IMG/VR virus record: IMGVR_UViG_3300027971_000061
Location: 1-56,005 of that record
Source of the DNA: a virus
Lineage: Duplodnaviria > Caudoviricetes
Strand: one strand, 5' to 3'
Length of the DNA: 56,005 bases
The notes under the pieces are model-generated. The model searched no databases. It was given only the letters and a program-made list of their open reading frames with translations, and had not been told where the DNA came from. The translations under genes and the position numbers were made by a program. Of the stretch, positions 1-6,824 are shown in pieces (positions within the stretch are counted from its first letter, which is position 1; each line of letters opens with the position of its first letter).

Positions 1-309
1 TCTCAGGAGACTGGCAGTCAGCGCGCAGGTAAAGCAGGCAAGCGTTCTGCATCAGCCCGTAACGGGATCAACGTAGGTCGCAAGTGGTTCAAGGACTACA
101 TGGCTTCAATCGGATTCGTATGGGTTCCTACCATGGGCATCGGCACTGGATGCAAAGTTCACTTGAACGCTGACGAATTGCCCAAGGGTCGTTTGATCGT
201 GTCCGTCAGCAAGCACTACACAGCTTTGATTGATGGCGTGATCAACGACTTGTACAACCCTGACAGGGGCGGCAAGCGCTGTGTTTACGGCTACTGGGTT
301 AAGCAATAA
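1..309 (+). CDS. Conserved phage hypothetical protein, C-terminal part (5'-partial; N-terminus at 55893..56005)
   Basis: Frame 1 is open from base 1 (SQETGSQRAGK...KDYMASIGF...SKHYTALIDGVINDLY) and continues the ORF that starts at 55893 (MFTINDGGR...GDCVARSIAIA). Confidence 0.8.
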   Translation, partial: SQETGSQRAGKAGKRSASARNGINVGRKWFKDYMASIGFVWVPTMGIGTGCKVHLNADELPKGRLIVSVSKHYTALIDGVINDLYNPDRGGKRCVYGYWVKQ

Positions 310-314
310 GGGCA

Positions 315-420
315 TTAGGGTAAGTCCTAATAAAAATAATTTAAATTTACTGGACTTACCGCTTTAACTTCGTGTTAAGATGCATTCACTGCAATAAGCA
401 GGTTACCTGAAAGACAAACA
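315..420 (+). promoter_or_regulatory. Repeated early promoter/operator cassette, copy A
   Basis: TTAGGGTAAGTCCTAA at 315-330, palindrome TTAAC-N5-GTTAA at 364-378, extended -10 TG-T-TAAGAT at 373-381 and hairpin CTGC-AATAA-GCAG. Repeated at 3469 and 55811. Confidence 0.75.
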
Positions 421-422
421 TC

Positions 423-767
423 ATGACAACAGCAACACAGATCCAAGCAGTCGCAACAGTCGAGTCACTGCTCAACCCTATCGACCAGCTCTTCGTTCTG
501 GATCGCCAACAAAAGACCTTAGCCGCTCAGGTTAAGACTCTCAAAGACACCATCGCTAACACCTACGATGTGTCCGCCAAAGACGCCGCTGGCAAGATCA
601 TTCCCCACCGTGGTGAGAAGTATGGCGTCAAGGTCACCATCGAGAACCGCATTGGTTCCGTGGACGTAGAAGCCGTCATCGCGGCTTTGGGCATCACAGA
701 GGCAGAGTTCAACGCCAAATTCCGTGGTGAGTCTAGCGCCATCATCAAAGTTTCAACAACAGCTTAA
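423..767 (+). CDS. Hypothetical protein
   Basis: 114-aa ORF directly downstream of promoter cassette A. Confidence 0.8.
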   Translation: MTTATQIQAVATVESLLNPIDQLFVLDRQQKTLAAQVKTLKDTIANTYDVSAKDAAGKIIPHRGEKYGVKVTIENRIGSVDVEAVIAALGITEAEFNAKFRGESSAIIKVSTTA

Positions 768-770
768 GGG

Positions 771-983
771 GTGCATACCATGATTCGCTTCAGCAAAGAA
801 AATTTATTAACGCAATTGCAAAACAAAATTAACCACATGGAAAAAGTTTGGGGTTTTGTTTCTGACAATGGTACAAACCAAATTAAAGACAAAACCGAAT
901 TTGACCGCGTTATGGCTTACGGTGAATACAACTCCCTGCTTGACATTTACGAGTCAATCAAGGATGGAAACTATTTCATATGA
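771..983 (+). CDS. Hypothetical protein (start may be ATG 780)
   Basis: AT-rich 70-aa ORF whose stop overlaps the methyltransferase start (ATGA). Confidence 0.7.
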   Translation: MHTMIRFSKENLLTQLQNKINHMEKVWGFVSDNGTNQIKDKTEFDRVMAYGEYNSLLDIYESIKDGNYFI

Positions 984-2023
984 AATTCCTTGAATTATTT
1001 GCAGGTATTGGTGGCTTCCGCCTTGGGTTAGAAAAGGCGGGTCACCAGTGCGTATGGGCTAACGAATTTATACCAAGAGCGGCAAGCATCTATGAGCACA
1101 ACTTTAAACACAAACCCGACGGACGAGACATACGAGGAATTCACATTGATGAAATCCCCAGCGCCGACCTACTCGTTGGAGGATTTCCATGCGCAACTTT
1201 CAGCGTTGCTGGTAGACGAACAGGATTCGGGACAGAGGATACACGCGGTACTCTCTTTTTTGAGATCTGTCGCATTGCCGCTGGTAAGCGAATCCCATAT
1301 CTATTCCTTGAGAATGTTAAGGGACTCCTCAATCACGACGGAGGACGAACCTTTGGAATTATCATCGCAAGTCTGGATGAACTGGGGTATGACGTCCAAT
1401 GGGAGTGTCTTAACAGCAAGAATTTCGGAGTCCCACAGAATAGGGAACGAGTCTTTATTGTCGCAAGTCTTAGAGGACACCCCAGACCCCAAGTATTTCC
1501 TCTCGGAAGATGTTATGCAGAAGATAGCGTTCAACACCGAGGTGAACAAGATCAAGAACCGCGGGTTCGGAGCGAAGGTGGTCTCACTATCGGAACACTC
1601 TGTCACAGACTTTACAAGGGAGACACTAACAACTTCTACCTTGCTGGACAAGTACGAGGACAGGTTGAACAACTTGAGGACGCTACAGCAGGAGAAAGTG
1701 ACAGCACTTCCGAACCAAATGGATCTGTTCGGGCAGTCCTGACACCAGCCAAAGAAAAGAAGCGCCAGCGTGGTCGCCGAATGAAAGAGCACAACGAACC
1801 AGCATTCACGCTCACAGCTCAAGACAGGCATGGGTTGATGGTTGGGTCACAGCTCAGAAGATTTACTCCGTTAGAGTGCGAGCGTTTGCAGTCGCTACCT
1901 GATGATTGGACGCGCTGGTTTGCAGACGGATCAGAGGTTCCCGACACGCACAGATACGAGCGTTGTGGTCGTGCCGTAACAGTCAACGTGATATACGAAA
2001 TTGCCAAGAGGTTACCAGCATGA
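980..2023 (+). CDS. C5 DNA cytosine methyltransferase-family protein, predicted carboxymethyltransferase
   Basis: Motif I ELFAGIGG, IV GGFPC, VI ENVKGL, VIII QNRERVF, IX RRFTPLECERLQ. Motif X reads CGRAV (Arg331, codon 1970-1972) instead of GNAV. Confidence 0.95.
   Translation: MKFLELFAGIGGFRLGLEKAGHQCVWANEFIPRAASIYEHNFKHKPDGRDIRGIHIDEIPSADLLVGGFPCATFSVAGRRTGFGTEDTRGTLFFEICRIAAGKRIPYLFLENVKGLLNHDGGRTFGIIIASLDELGYDVQWECLNSKNFGVPQNRERVFIVASLRGHPRPQVFPLGRCYAEDSVQHRGEQDQEPRVRSEGGLTIGTLCHRLYKGDTNNFYLAGQVRGQVEQLEDATAGESDSTSEPNGSVRAVLTPAKEKKRQRGRRMKEHNEPAFTLTAQDRHGLMVGSQLRRFTPLECERLQSLPDDWTRWFADGSEVPDTHRYERCGRAVTVNVIYEIAKRLPA
1092..1742 (+). CDS. Overprinted +1-frame protein inside the methyltransferase gene (M.EcoHK31I beta-like arrangement), with C-terminal beta-clamp-like motif
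   Basis: 216 stop-free codons. LSQVLEDTPDPKYFLS resembles the LxxxLE...KYxLS segment of C5 MTases that is missing from the main frame. Ends QMDLFGQS. Confidence 0.7.
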   Translation: MSTTLNTNPTDETYEEFTLMKSPAPTYSLEDFHAQLSALLVDEQDSGQRIHAVLSFLRSVALPLVSESHIYSLRMLRDSSITTEDEPLELSSQVWMNWGMTSNGSVLTARISESHRIGNESLLSQVLEDTPDPKYFLSEDVMQKIAFNTEVNKIKNRGFGAKVVSLSEHSVTDFTRETLTTSTLLDKYEDRLNNLRTLQQEKVTALPNQMDLFGQS

Positions 2024-2835
2024 TTGACATCAAAAAGGTTTTGCTTCAAAGCGCTAGTACACCAGAGACTGACGCGGCTGTTTTGCTTAGTGCAGGGGTA
2101 GACTCATCAAGCGTTCTATTCGCGTTGCTAGAGGCTGGTAAGCGCGTCACAGCGTATTCGTTCTGCTTAGACGATAGAACGTCAACCGATGTGAAGTACG
2201 CGCAGATCACAGCTAAGGAGTTTGGTGTACCGTTTGTGCAGATACCGCTACCCACGAGCATAGACGTGCTCAGGGAGGACTTGGTGGATCTGGTGCGTTT
2301 CGGGGCTAGGAAGAAGACGGACTTTGAGTGTGGTTGGCCAATGCTCTACGCTTACAAAGCCATCCGCGAACGCGAGATCTTCTCTGGCATGGGTGCTGAC
2401 GGACACTTCTGCATCAGCAAAAAAGGAATGATGCACTTCAAAGACAGGATCGACGAGTTCAGGGATACCTTGTTCTCAAACCCCTCCTATGGTCAAGAGC
2501 ACATCCACAAGAAGCTCAGCATGGTCTACAAAAAGAGTTGGGTTGCGCCCTTCATGACGCAGAAGATGATTGACGAGCTTAGGGGAACCACATGGGACGA
2601 GGTTAACCGCCCTCACCAGAAGCAACCTATCCTCGACGCATTCCCTGAGCAGTTCAAGCGTATACGGGTCTTCAAGCACACAAACTTTCAGAAGGGTGAC
2701 TCAGGTATCTCTGAGCACTTTGAGAAGCTCCTAACTACGGATCTGAACGTGGGAAGGCACAAGTCGGTGGTTGGGATCTACAACTACTTAGTCAAAAACT
2801 TAGCGAAAGAAAAAGATGAGCTCTTGGACATTTGA
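2020..2835 (+). CDS. Asparagine-synthetase-like ATP-dependent amide ligase (synthetase domain only)
   Basis: PP-loop VLLSAGVDSS, SGMGADGHF and APF..; no N-terminal Ntn glutaminase domain. ATG 2020 overlaps the MTase stop (ATGA). Confidence 0.85.
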   Translation: MIDIKKVLLQSASTPETDAAVLLSAGVDSSSVLFALLEAGKRVTAYSFCLDDRTSTDVKYAQITAKEFGVPFVQIPLPTSIDVLREDLVDLVRFGARKKTDFECGWPMLYAYKAIREREIFSGMGADGHFCISKKGMMHFKDRIDEFRDTLFSNPSYGQEHIHKKLSMVYKKSWVAPFMTQKMIDELRGTTWDEVNRPHQKQPILDAFPEQFKRIRVFKHTNFQKGDSGISEHFEKLLTTDLNVGRHKSVVGIYNYLVKNLAKEKDELLDI

Positions 2836-3472
2836 AACCCCTGAGATTGCCAGCACGTTTGACTCTCACGTTCGTGAGCAGTTACCGTGGTACGACATGA
2901 CCACAGACGCTGTGTGCTATATCGTGCGCAACTACCTAACCGAAGGCGGTCTCGTGGTGGACGTAGGGTCGTCTACTGGGAACATGCTTAACAAGCTAAT
3001 GCCCTTGCTGAATGAGCGTTTAGCGCAAGCAGTTGCTATTGAGAAAAGCCGCAACATGTGCGAAGTCCTGCAACAGCGCCTAAAGCACCACAACAACGTC
3101 GCCGTGGTTCAGGGTGACATCATTGACTGCGACATCCCAGAGGCTCAGGTCTTTATCGTTTTTCTGACCATGATGTTTATTCCTGTGCACGAGCGTCAGT
3201 TGGTTTTAGAGAACCTCAGAGCGCGTTGCGTTGAAGGTGGGGTGATAGTAGTGGTGGACAAGATCTGTGACCATGGCGGGTACTTTGCGACCGTCCTGAA
3301 GCGCCTCACTATGCAACTCAAGCTCCAGCAGGGAGCCAAGCCAGAGGACGTGCTTAACAAGGAGATGAGTTTGGCAGGGATACAGATCCCAATTGACCCA
3401 GCTATTTTGGGGTCAGACGCGAAGCAATTTTTCCGCATGGGTGAGTTTGCAGGATGGGTAATTGAATGTTAG
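2816..3472 (+). CDS. cmoA: CmoA-like carboxy-SAM synthase / class I SAM-dependent protein
   Basis: WTFETPEIASTFDSHVREQLPWY aligns with CmoA [22 protein letters not shown]. Also VDVGSSTG SAM motif, LTMMFI, GGVIVVVDK and C-terminal FFRMGEFAG. Confidence 0.82.
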   Translation: MSSWTFETPEIASTFDSHVREQLPWYDMTTDAVCYIVRNYLTEGGLVVDVGSSTGNMLNKLMPLLNERLAQAVAIEKSRNMCEVLQQRLKHHNNVAVVQGDIIDCDIPEAQVFIVFLTMMFIPVHERQLVLENLRARCVEGGVIVVVDKICDHGGYFATVLKRLTMQLKLQQGAKPEDVLNKEMSLAGIQIPIDPAILGSDAKQFFRMGEFAGWVIEC

Positions 3473-3553
3473 GGAAAGTCCCTATACCTAACCCGCTTTA
3501 ATTTCATGTTAAGATGCATCCACGCCAATCGGGCGTTTACTTGAAAGACCAAA
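3469..3553 (+). promoter_or_regulatory. Repeated early promoter/operator cassette, copy B
   Basis: TAGGGAAAGTCCCTA at 3470-3484, TTAAT-TTCAT-GTTAA at 3498-3512, TG-T-TAAGAT, hairpin ACGCC-AATCG-GGCGT, then TTAC-TTGAAAGAC. Confidence 0.75.
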
Positions 3554-3988
3554 ATGAACTTCTTCAAAACACAACCTAACCCACACGCTCCAGTCCACAT
3601 CATCGTTGTGGAGATCAGCGACAAGACTCAGCACACAGATGGCTGGGTATCACGCAATGACTTTAAAACCTTTGAGCAGGCTCAAGAGGTGGCAGAAGCC
3701 GCCAGCCGCTTTGAGGGCGTGGACTACATCGCTACTGATGCTGGTAACTACTGCTCACCACGTTACGACGTTATCAAGGCGCCACAGCACTTGGCTCCAG
3801 TCTCCTATTGTTTCAATGGCGACTACTACCCTTGCGGTCACATCAAGTCCATCAGCAAGACCATGAAGAAGATCACCACTACCACAGACAAGACCTTCTA
3901 TCGTCGTAAAAACACAGGTTGCTGGTTGGCTAACGGCACATGGTCAATGGTCGAAGGTCACATCGAAGCGCGCAACCCAATGTTCTGA
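3554..3988 (+). CDS. Hypothetical protein
   Basis: 144-aa ORF, first gene after cassette B. Confidence 0.8.
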   Translation: MNFFKTQPNPHAPVHIIVVEISDKTQHTDGWVSRNDFKTFEQAQEVAEAASRFEGVDYIATDAGNYCSPRYDVIKAPQHLAPVSYCFNGDYYPCGHIKSISKTMKKITTTTDKTFYRRKNTGCWLANGTWSMVEGHIEARNPMF

Positions 3989-3998
3989 AAGAACCATC

Positions 3999-4187
3999 AT
4001 GACAAACGAAATTGAAACATCATTCAACACGGAGGCGGAAGTCCGCATCAGTGCCGACCAGTACGAGGGGGGCGTCTGGCTCTCCCTGCAAGCTCGCCGC
4101 TCAATGATGAGCGTCCCAATGACTCGTTCCGAGGCTGAGCAACTGCTGGCCAACTTGCAACTCGTACTCGCAAAAGAGGTGGCTTGA
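3999..4187 (+). CDS. Hypothetical protein
   Basis: 62-aa ORF in a tightly packed operon. Confidence 0.7.
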   Translation: MTNEIETSFNTEAEVRISADQYEGGVWLSLQARRSMMSVPMTRSEAEQLLANLQLVLAKEVA

Positions 4188-4435
4188 TGTACGACAGCGT
4201 CACATGGGGTCGTGTAGTCCCTGCAAACTACGTATGGAACTTCCTGTCAGAAGATCAACTTTTAGACAACATGCAACGCATCTGGGACAACCCAGCCAAT
4301 TGCGCGATGTCTCACCTCAAGGCAGGGATATCCCAGCTTGAAACTCGTGGCATTCTGACAAGCGAAGAAGCGGCTTCTTGCCTCAAAGAAACACTGAGAT
4401 TGAGAGCCAAAGCAAAGCGGGAGGCATTAGCATGA
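4184..4435 (+). CDS. Hypothetical protein
   Basis: GAGGTGG RBS; overlaps its neighbours at stop/start. Confidence 0.7.
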   Translation: MMYDSVTWGRVVPANYVWNFLSEDQLLDNMQRIWDNPANCAMSHLKAGISQLETRGILTSEEAASCLKETLRLRAKAKREALA

Positions 4436-4611
4436 GCGAGACCAACATGAACCCATACGTCAAAGGTTTTAACGCAGGGGTTGACTGCGTCCTGACCGAA
4501 ATCGAGCGCCTTGAGAAAATAGCCCCTATAAACCTCGAACAGCTCCTTAAGCACCTTGACCCTCAACGCGACCAGAAAACGGCTCAAACGCCCGATAAAG
4601 GGGTTTCCTGA
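4432..4611 (+). CDS. Hypothetical protein (MSETNMNPY...)
   Basis: ATGA overlap with the upstream gene and a GGAGG RBS. Confidence 0.65.
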   Translation: MSETNMNPYVKGFNAGVDCVLTEIERLEKIAPINLEQLLKHLDPQRDQKTAQTPDKGVS

Positions 4612-4859
4612 TGCTGTCTGTGATCAAGAGCATAAGGGTTACGCTTCGCGGAGTTCCTGATGGCATGACCTTAGAGGAACTAGCGGATCTGCTTAATAGA
4701 CCAAGAACCAACGTCAGGAAGGTTTTAAAAGCCATGCCAGACGTGTACATAGACCGATGGGAAGCGGCACCAAGGGGGCAATACAAAGCCGTCTGGTGTG
4801 CTTGCATCCCCCCAACTGATTGCCCAAGACCTGAAGGGATGAGTAATGAACGCGATTGA
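4611..4859 (+). CDS. Small putative winged-HTH DNA-binding protein
   Basis: GMTLEELADLLNRPRTNVRKVL helix-turn-helix-like segment. Confidence 0.6.
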   Translation: MLSVIKSIRVTLRGVPDGMTLEELADLLNRPRTNVRKVLKAMPDVYIDRWEAAPRGQYKAVWCACIPPTDCPRPEGMSNERD

Positions 4860-5133
4860 ATGTTCTGTGTGCGGGTGTGACTTTACAAATGACGAGGGTG
4901 GAGCTGAGGGGTTGATCGGTATGATCCCTGCCAACTTCTGCCCAACATGCTTGGCTGGTGTTTATGATATGGTAGAGCAAAGCACTGAAAAACCTGAATG
5001 GGAAAGTCTTACTGACGAAGAGATTCAGAAAGCTTTAGGAGTAACTGCTGAGAGTTCAAACTGGAACATGATCATGGTGCTCGAGTGGGCAAAGAAGATT
5101 GAAACTGCACTGTTGGAGAAAAACAATGGATGA
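4846..5133 (+). CDS. Zn-finger-like hypothetical protein
   Basis: CSVC...CPTC pair and a WESLTDEEI segment typical of phage accessory proteins. Confidence 0.7.
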   Translation: MNAIECSVCGCDFTNDEGGAEGLIGMIPANFCPTCLAGVYDMVEQSTEKPEWESLTDEEIQKALGVTAESSNWNMIMVLEWAKKIETALLEKNNG

Positions 5134-5323
5134 CGACGACACGCAAGACTATGTAGCATCTGGTTGGCGCAAAAGACAAGACCAGCCAACACGCAACGAG
5201 ATCATCGACAAGATCAGGAACGACACACTCGAGGAGGTAGCGCATGAGGTGGAGAAGATGCAAGCCTTTGAAAAAGACACAATGGCAAGCTTTGCGGCGT
5301 ACATACGAGGACTTAAGAGATGA
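5126..5323 (+). CDS. Hypothetical protein
   Basis: GGAG RBS, ATG 5126, RNDTLEEVA segment, ATGA coupling to the next gene. Confidence 0.7.
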   Translation: MDDDDTQDYVASGWRKRQDQPTRNEIIDKIRNDTLEEVAHEVEKMQAFEKDTMASFAAYIRGLKR

Positions 5324-6006
5324 CGAGAAAAGTAGCAATCGTTAGCCCGTCCTATGATGGAAAGATCGTATGCGATCACGCTATAGCGCTGGTGACCATC
5401 TTCCAAAGAGCGGCTAAGGAGCGTCCTGACTTAGACCTGAGCCTGAACTACTGGATGGGTGAAGCTCTGCTACAAAAAGCCCGAAACAACCTGTTCTGCG
5501 ACGCATACGACAGTGGGGTAGACGACATTGTGTTTTTAGACGTAGACCAAGGGTTTGATGCACAGGCGTTCTTTGATGTTCTCGACCACCCAGTAGACGT
5601 GGTCGGGATCACTGCTAGGATGAAGACAGACGACGAGCGCTACACACACCGCCCAGAAGACCCTAAACAGCACCGCTGGGATCAGAGTTTGAAGCTGTTG
5701 GAGGTAGAGTTCCTAGCCACAGGATTTTTGCGCCTCAGCAGAAAAGCTATGAAAGCTCTGTATGACGTGTCAGCACCCTACAACGACGGAAAAGAGAGAA
5801 GACTGATCTGCGACGTGCAGATTATCAATGGTGGAATGATCTCGGAAGACATCCAAATTGGTAAGAAGCTCAAGGAGGCTGGGTTCCAAAGCTACTTAGA
5901 CATCCGCCACACCTGTACACACTTTGGTGTCAAGAAGTACGAGGGTGACTACCAGTACAAGTACGCTGAGACAATCCTTGAAGGACTGATGGAGAACCAC
6001 AAATGA
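5320..6006 (+). CDS. GT-A fold glycosyltransferase-like protein
   Basis: N-terminal VAIVSPSY, ARNNL, DxD motif (FLDVD), ATGFLRLSR, SED motif and HFG. Confidence 0.75.
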   Translation: MTRKVAIVSPSYDGKIVCDHAIALVTIFQRAAKERPDLDLSLNYWMGEALLQKARNNLFCDAYDSGVDDIVFLDVDQGFDAQAFFDVLDHPVDVVGITARMKTDDERYTHRPEDPKQHRWDQSLKLLEVEFLATGFLRLSRKAMKALYDVSAPYNDGKERRLICDVQIINGGMISEDIQIGKKLKEAGFQSYLDIRHTCTHFGVKKYEGDYQYKYAETILEGLMENHK

Positions 6007-6215
6007 CAGAGCAGATCTGGGAGGCGGACTGGATCAGCGAGAACCCTGAGCTGGCAAACAAAGCTATCACAGAGCTACATACTCAGGTACAGGAGCTCGA
6101 GTCAAAGCTCAAACATGCGAACAACAAAGTCGCAAAACTAGACGCACAAAACAGAGAATTCAAGCTCACCATCAAGGACATGGATCGAAGGATCATGAAG
6201 GGATTAAAGGACTGA
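6003..6215 (+). CDS. Small coiled-coil protein
   Basis: Heptad pattern; ATGA coupling. Confidence 0.7.
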   Translation: MTEQIWEADWISENPELANKAITELHTQVQELESKLKHANNKVAKLDAQNREFKLTIKDMDRRIMKGLKD

Positions 6216-6254
6216 TTGCATACAATCACAAAGATCCGTTAAACTTTGCGTTAA
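6216..6254 (+). promoter_or_regulatory. Putative sigma70 promoter of the terminase genes, with a degenerate operator copy
   Basis: TTGCAT-N18-TAAACT. TAAAC-TTTGC-GTTAA (6240-6254) resembles the TTAAC-N5-GTTAA motif. Confidence 0.45.
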
Positions 6255-6263
6255 AGGAGTCCA

Positions 6264-6824
6264 GTGATGGCAAAGAAACCAAAAGATCTTTCCAGCGACA
6301 AAGTCGCCGATGTGACAGGTAAGCCGCAAACAAGAAAAGTAACAACAATGGGCAGACCATCAGTCTACTCAGATGCGTTAGCTAACGAGATATGCGTAAG
6401 ACTAGGATTAGGTGAGAGCTTACGCAAGATATGCTTGGATGACCGTATCCCAAGCTTGGCTACTGTGATGACTTGGTTGTCGCGCAAGCCTGACTTTCTT
6501 GAACAATACACTCGCGCACGTGAGATTCAAGCAGAGACTCAGTTCGATGAGCTGATCGACATTGTTGACCAACCGCCTGAGCTGGCGCGCATTGTGGACA
6601 AGAACGGAGAGCTGATTGAGGTCAAGTTCGACTCCTCCTACGTGCAATGGATGAAGCTGAGGGTCGACACCCGCAAGTGGACAGCCGCTCGCATGGCGCC
6701 TAAGAAGTACGCTGAGTACAAGCAACCAGAGGAGAAGGTTGACTCAATAATCGTTGATGGTGAGATCAAGACGGTCATGGACGTGGCGATCAAGCGCCTT
6801 GAGCTGATCAGGATCGCTGAATGA
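6264..6824 (+). CDS. terS: Terminase small subunit
   Basis: GRPSVYS...GESLRKIC...PSLATVMTWL...KLRVDTRKW (Sf6/P22-type), immediately upstream of TerL. Confidence 0.9.
   Translation: MMAKKPKDLSSDKVADVTGKPQTRKVTTMGRPSVYSDALANEICVRLGLGESLRKICLDDRIPSLATVMTWLSRKPDFLEQYTRAREIQAETQFDELIDIVDQPPELARIVDKNGELIEVKFDSSYVQWMKLRVDTRKWTAARMAPKKYAEYKQPEEKVDSIIVDGEIKTVMDVAIKRLELIRIAE

Noticed and set aside
315-330. TTAGGG as a telomere-like repeat
   Set aside because: Single copies inside an inverted repeat upstream of promoters, not tandem arrays.
1906-2019. Longer N-terminus of the asparagine-synthetase-like ORF given in the track
   Set aside because: It overlaps MTase motif X; ATG 2020 with ATGA coupling is the more plausible start.
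980-3472. Ordinary restriction-modification system or tRNA cmo5U pathway
   Set aside because: No cognate endonuclease, no CmoB and no tRNA genes; the partner enzyme is a DNA C5 MTase with the motif X Arg.
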